Made by a program: the position numbers and the translations under genes. A stretch of 64,000 nucleotides of DNA, taken from assembly GCF_006345805.1 (NCBI RefSeq), contig NC_043010.1, positions 16,740,001-16,804,000 on the forward strand, read 5' to 3'. Shown here one piece after another: positions 61,079 to 64,000 of the stretch; within the stretch, counting starts at the first letter, position 1, and each line of letters opens with the position of its first letter. The notes under the pieces are model-generated. The model was not told where the DNA came from, made no database searches, and saw only the letters and a list, made by a program, of their open reading frames with translations. This DNA comes from Octopus sinensis. Taxonomy: Eukaryota.

Positions 61079-62964
61079 TATATACATATACATACATACA
61101 TGCATATACGTACATGTACATAATATGTATATATATATTTATACATATACATTGAAACAGCTAGAGGTCCATCTATCCATTCGTGCACACACACACACAC
61201 ATACATACACAAACATTGCAGTTGTTGTTACTGTTGTTTGTGTAGGTCTCTTTGTGTTAGCTGTTGTTGTTGTTGTTGTTGTTATATGTTGCCTGTGGAT
61301 CTGATCTGCCCACCAGCCAAAGCATTGGTTCATATCCCTAATTAGGTTAAATCCTCTCCCTGAAGCTGTTCAGCACTAATCCGATTGAACGGGATCGCAC
61401 TTACTCCCACTACCACCAGTTTGCTGATTGCTCACAACCCCCATCATAGTAATCACTGTAAGCAGCAACTACATAGCAACGACAACAACAACAGCAACAC
61501 CAGAACCATCATCATTATCATTATTAGCATCGTAATCAGTTCATTGATCGATTATTACCATCATAGTGATAATCATCATCATTACCCTAAGCTGACAACA
61601 TAGCCATGATCATCATCACCCTCGTAATCCTTGTTGTAATCACTATTACCATAATCAATATCTTATTCATTCTCAACCTCCACAACTGACATCACCACCA
61701 CCACCACCACCACCTCCATCATCATCGTCATTTCTGCTATCAAAAGTAACTAAATATTACTATCATCACCTTCGTTTATCATAGCTATCATCATTGCCAT
61801 CATATCCACTGTCATCATCATCATCATCATCATAACCACTGCCATGAGCCACCACCACCACCTTCATCATCATCATCATCATCATCGTCATCATCTTCAT
61901 CAGTAGCAGTGTATTATTTCTATTTTCTTTCCTCTTTATCATCATCATCTGTGACATACTTCCTTTAAAGTACCTCTATGCAGGTACCTATCCATCATCC
62001 CCACCCTCACCCACCCCCACCACCTCGAAGCAACTTTTACCACCCCATACACTTTCTCTCTTCTCCCATCCCTTTTGCCTTTTCTCTCCCTCCCCTTACC
62101 CCTCCTCCTCCTCCTTTCTCGCTAGCTTTTTGCTCACTCCTCTGCTGTCCACTTTGCTTTAATTATCTAATGCATTAAGTTAATTAAGTTCATTAATTAA
62201 TTAACAAACCAAAGGCCACTACTTGCATTGCACTGCTTCAGTTCTCTTGCCTGAAACTTAACTAAAGTAGCTGCCACCATCACCATCACCACCACCACCA
62301 CCATAATATGAACAACAACGTGTGGGAGCTTTTACAATGTTACTTTAACTGTTAGAAAAAGCAACCAAATGTCCCTCATATTCCACCTCTACCAGGTAAA
62401 AAAAAAAAAAGAAAAACACAGTGGTCAGAGCCAGATTTATTTGATCACAGATCGGCTCAGTCACAGCTAACCTGGAGCTAAACAACAACAACAACAAGAG
62501 TAAGGGCAATAATATAATAATTCTCTCAATTGCAGCAGCTACAATGAGATCCTATATAGGGTTGCTCAAACATATAGAAATAGCAGCCAAATGAATGTCC
62601 CTTAAACCACACACCAATGTCTGAAGATTGAACACACTGGATAATGCAGTCTAGGATACACTTTGACTGAAAAATGATGAGGTGGTCATGGCTGGAGCTG
62701 CTTTCATCATAATTCAGTTTGGTTAAGGCCGATGTTTTCTTTTTTAGTGGCTGTTTCTGGAAGAAGTGACTGTGGCCATGAGATTTGCAAATCTTACAAG
62801 ACGGATGAGATTGATGTTGTTAGCGTTCTGGTTAAACTATGGAAATCAACGCAAAGAAACAAGCAAAGAGAGAGTTCCAGAGGACCAACGTTCTGCAAAA
62901 GAAGAATTGTGTGTTGTAGTTTGTGGGGCCCTATTCTCTAAACACTCATGAAATTTTGCATGCC

Positions 62965-64000
62965 TCTGATTTTTCCCCATCATAACCAGGCTCCCTGGTG
63001 CTGCATCCCATCATTGTTGCTGACTCTTTCTCCTCCTTAATGCTCACACCTCATTCCAGATCAGTAACCTCCTTCACTTTCCTTGCACTTTGTCATGCCA
63101 GGGTGTCATGCTCCTACCCAGGCTAGTCCTTCCATAAGGTACAACACCCCACAGCACTCAATGTCTTAGTCATGACTCTACAGCCTCAATTACTCTCCAC
63201 AGTCATCTTGTACTGATCGCAATACCAGCCTGACAGACTTTTGGATCACAAGAGCCTTGGTATTGCAGCACCTCCCCAGCACAGGTCACCACAAATTCTA
63301 TGTCCAAGTTGCTGATGGGAGACCTGCAACTCATTTTCCTGTCCATTCTAAGTGATGCTGCCTGAGCTCTGAGAGAGTCCCAGCTGTTTCCACAGGAATC
63401 TGTGAACCCTTCTCTCCAATGTGGATACTCTCTACTGTGGATACTGGGACCTCATATATGAAAAATGACCAAAACATTTGTAGGAGGATGCATCCAGGTC
63501 TTAAAATTTCCAGATAGACACTTGTCCCCAGTGGATAGGCAGGCTTCCAATTCTTAGTAGGTCTCATGGATAGATGATGTGTCTTTGAGGCTGCTTGTAA
63601 ACACCTCTCCCAGGCCCTTCCCTGGTTTCTCAGTGGTATCTCTACACTACAAACCAAGAAGTTGAACCTTTCTTCAGCACAGGATATCTGAACTTGAATG
63701 ATTTGAAACTCGAGCGACTCCAAGTCATCAACTCCGCAAGACTCTTTAGGATCCTCCTGCCCTTCATGACTGATATTTTCATAATGAGGTCATCCATAAA
63801 GGCCGAGTGGGATGGTTCAATGGACACTAGACATGGCGAGCAGCCCTCTGCACATCAGCTGATTTTACTGGTATGTTCAATGCAAGTGCAAAAAGGGTCA
63901 CTGAACTAGTATGCTCAGTGGTATGTACTCTGCTTGAGCTTTTGTCACTCTGATGTCATAGTAGTGTAGAATGAGGTCATGATGTCTGTTCAAAGACTCT
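62965..64000 (-). mobile_element. HERO-like (RLE-type, R2/NeSL-related) non-LTR retrotransposon RT fragment, decayed, running off the window edge
   Basis: DLILHYYDIRV; VTLFALALNI.VKSA; SAFMDDL (FMDD at 63789-63800) ...ILKSLAELMTWSR.SFK..K.R..VLKKG; WSFFIYEVPVSTVE; EFVVTCAGEVLQYQGSCDPKVCQAGI; QHQGAW. Confidence 0.8.

Noticed and set aside
53-61212. Dozens of His/Thr/Ile/Tyr- or Cys/Val/Met-rich ORFs, including the 310-aa ORF 8882..9814
   Set aside because: They are translations of stop-free (CA)n/(TA)n/(TACA)n microsatellites and are open on both strands.

Overview
AT-rich eukaryotic DNA, most consistent with an Octopus (cephalopod) genome. This is inferred from the repeat families and the very high density of (TA)n, (CA)n, (TACA)n, (GATA)n and (CAT)n microsatellites. 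I recognise no host protein-coding gene. Nearly all ORFs in the track are microsatellite or low-complexity artefacts or decayed transposon fragments, and only a few weak candidate exons remain. The window is an intronic or intergenic transposon graveyard. It holds RTE, CR1, Tx1/L1 and HERO-like (RLE) non-LTR fragments, two Penelope-like (GIY-YIG) fragments, several mariner and maT relics, hAT and piggyBac-type MITEs, a complete non-autonomous Helitron, a solo LTR nested in a SINE, and many tRNA-derived SINEs. The most unusual signal is a recurring class of fold-back elements carrying minimal (Penelope-type) hammerhead ribozyme motifs pointing outward from a central apex. The best example is a ~355-bp palindrome at 60444-60798 with one hammerhead on each strand, and decayed versions lie at 29555-29716 and 35402-35548. 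Other oddities are a local inverted duplication of a microsatellite block with unique flanks, a mariner structure with two 5' ends, and a minisatellite born from the RT 'GVHQG' motif. Family names come from motif recall, not database searches, and boundaries of decayed elements are approximate.
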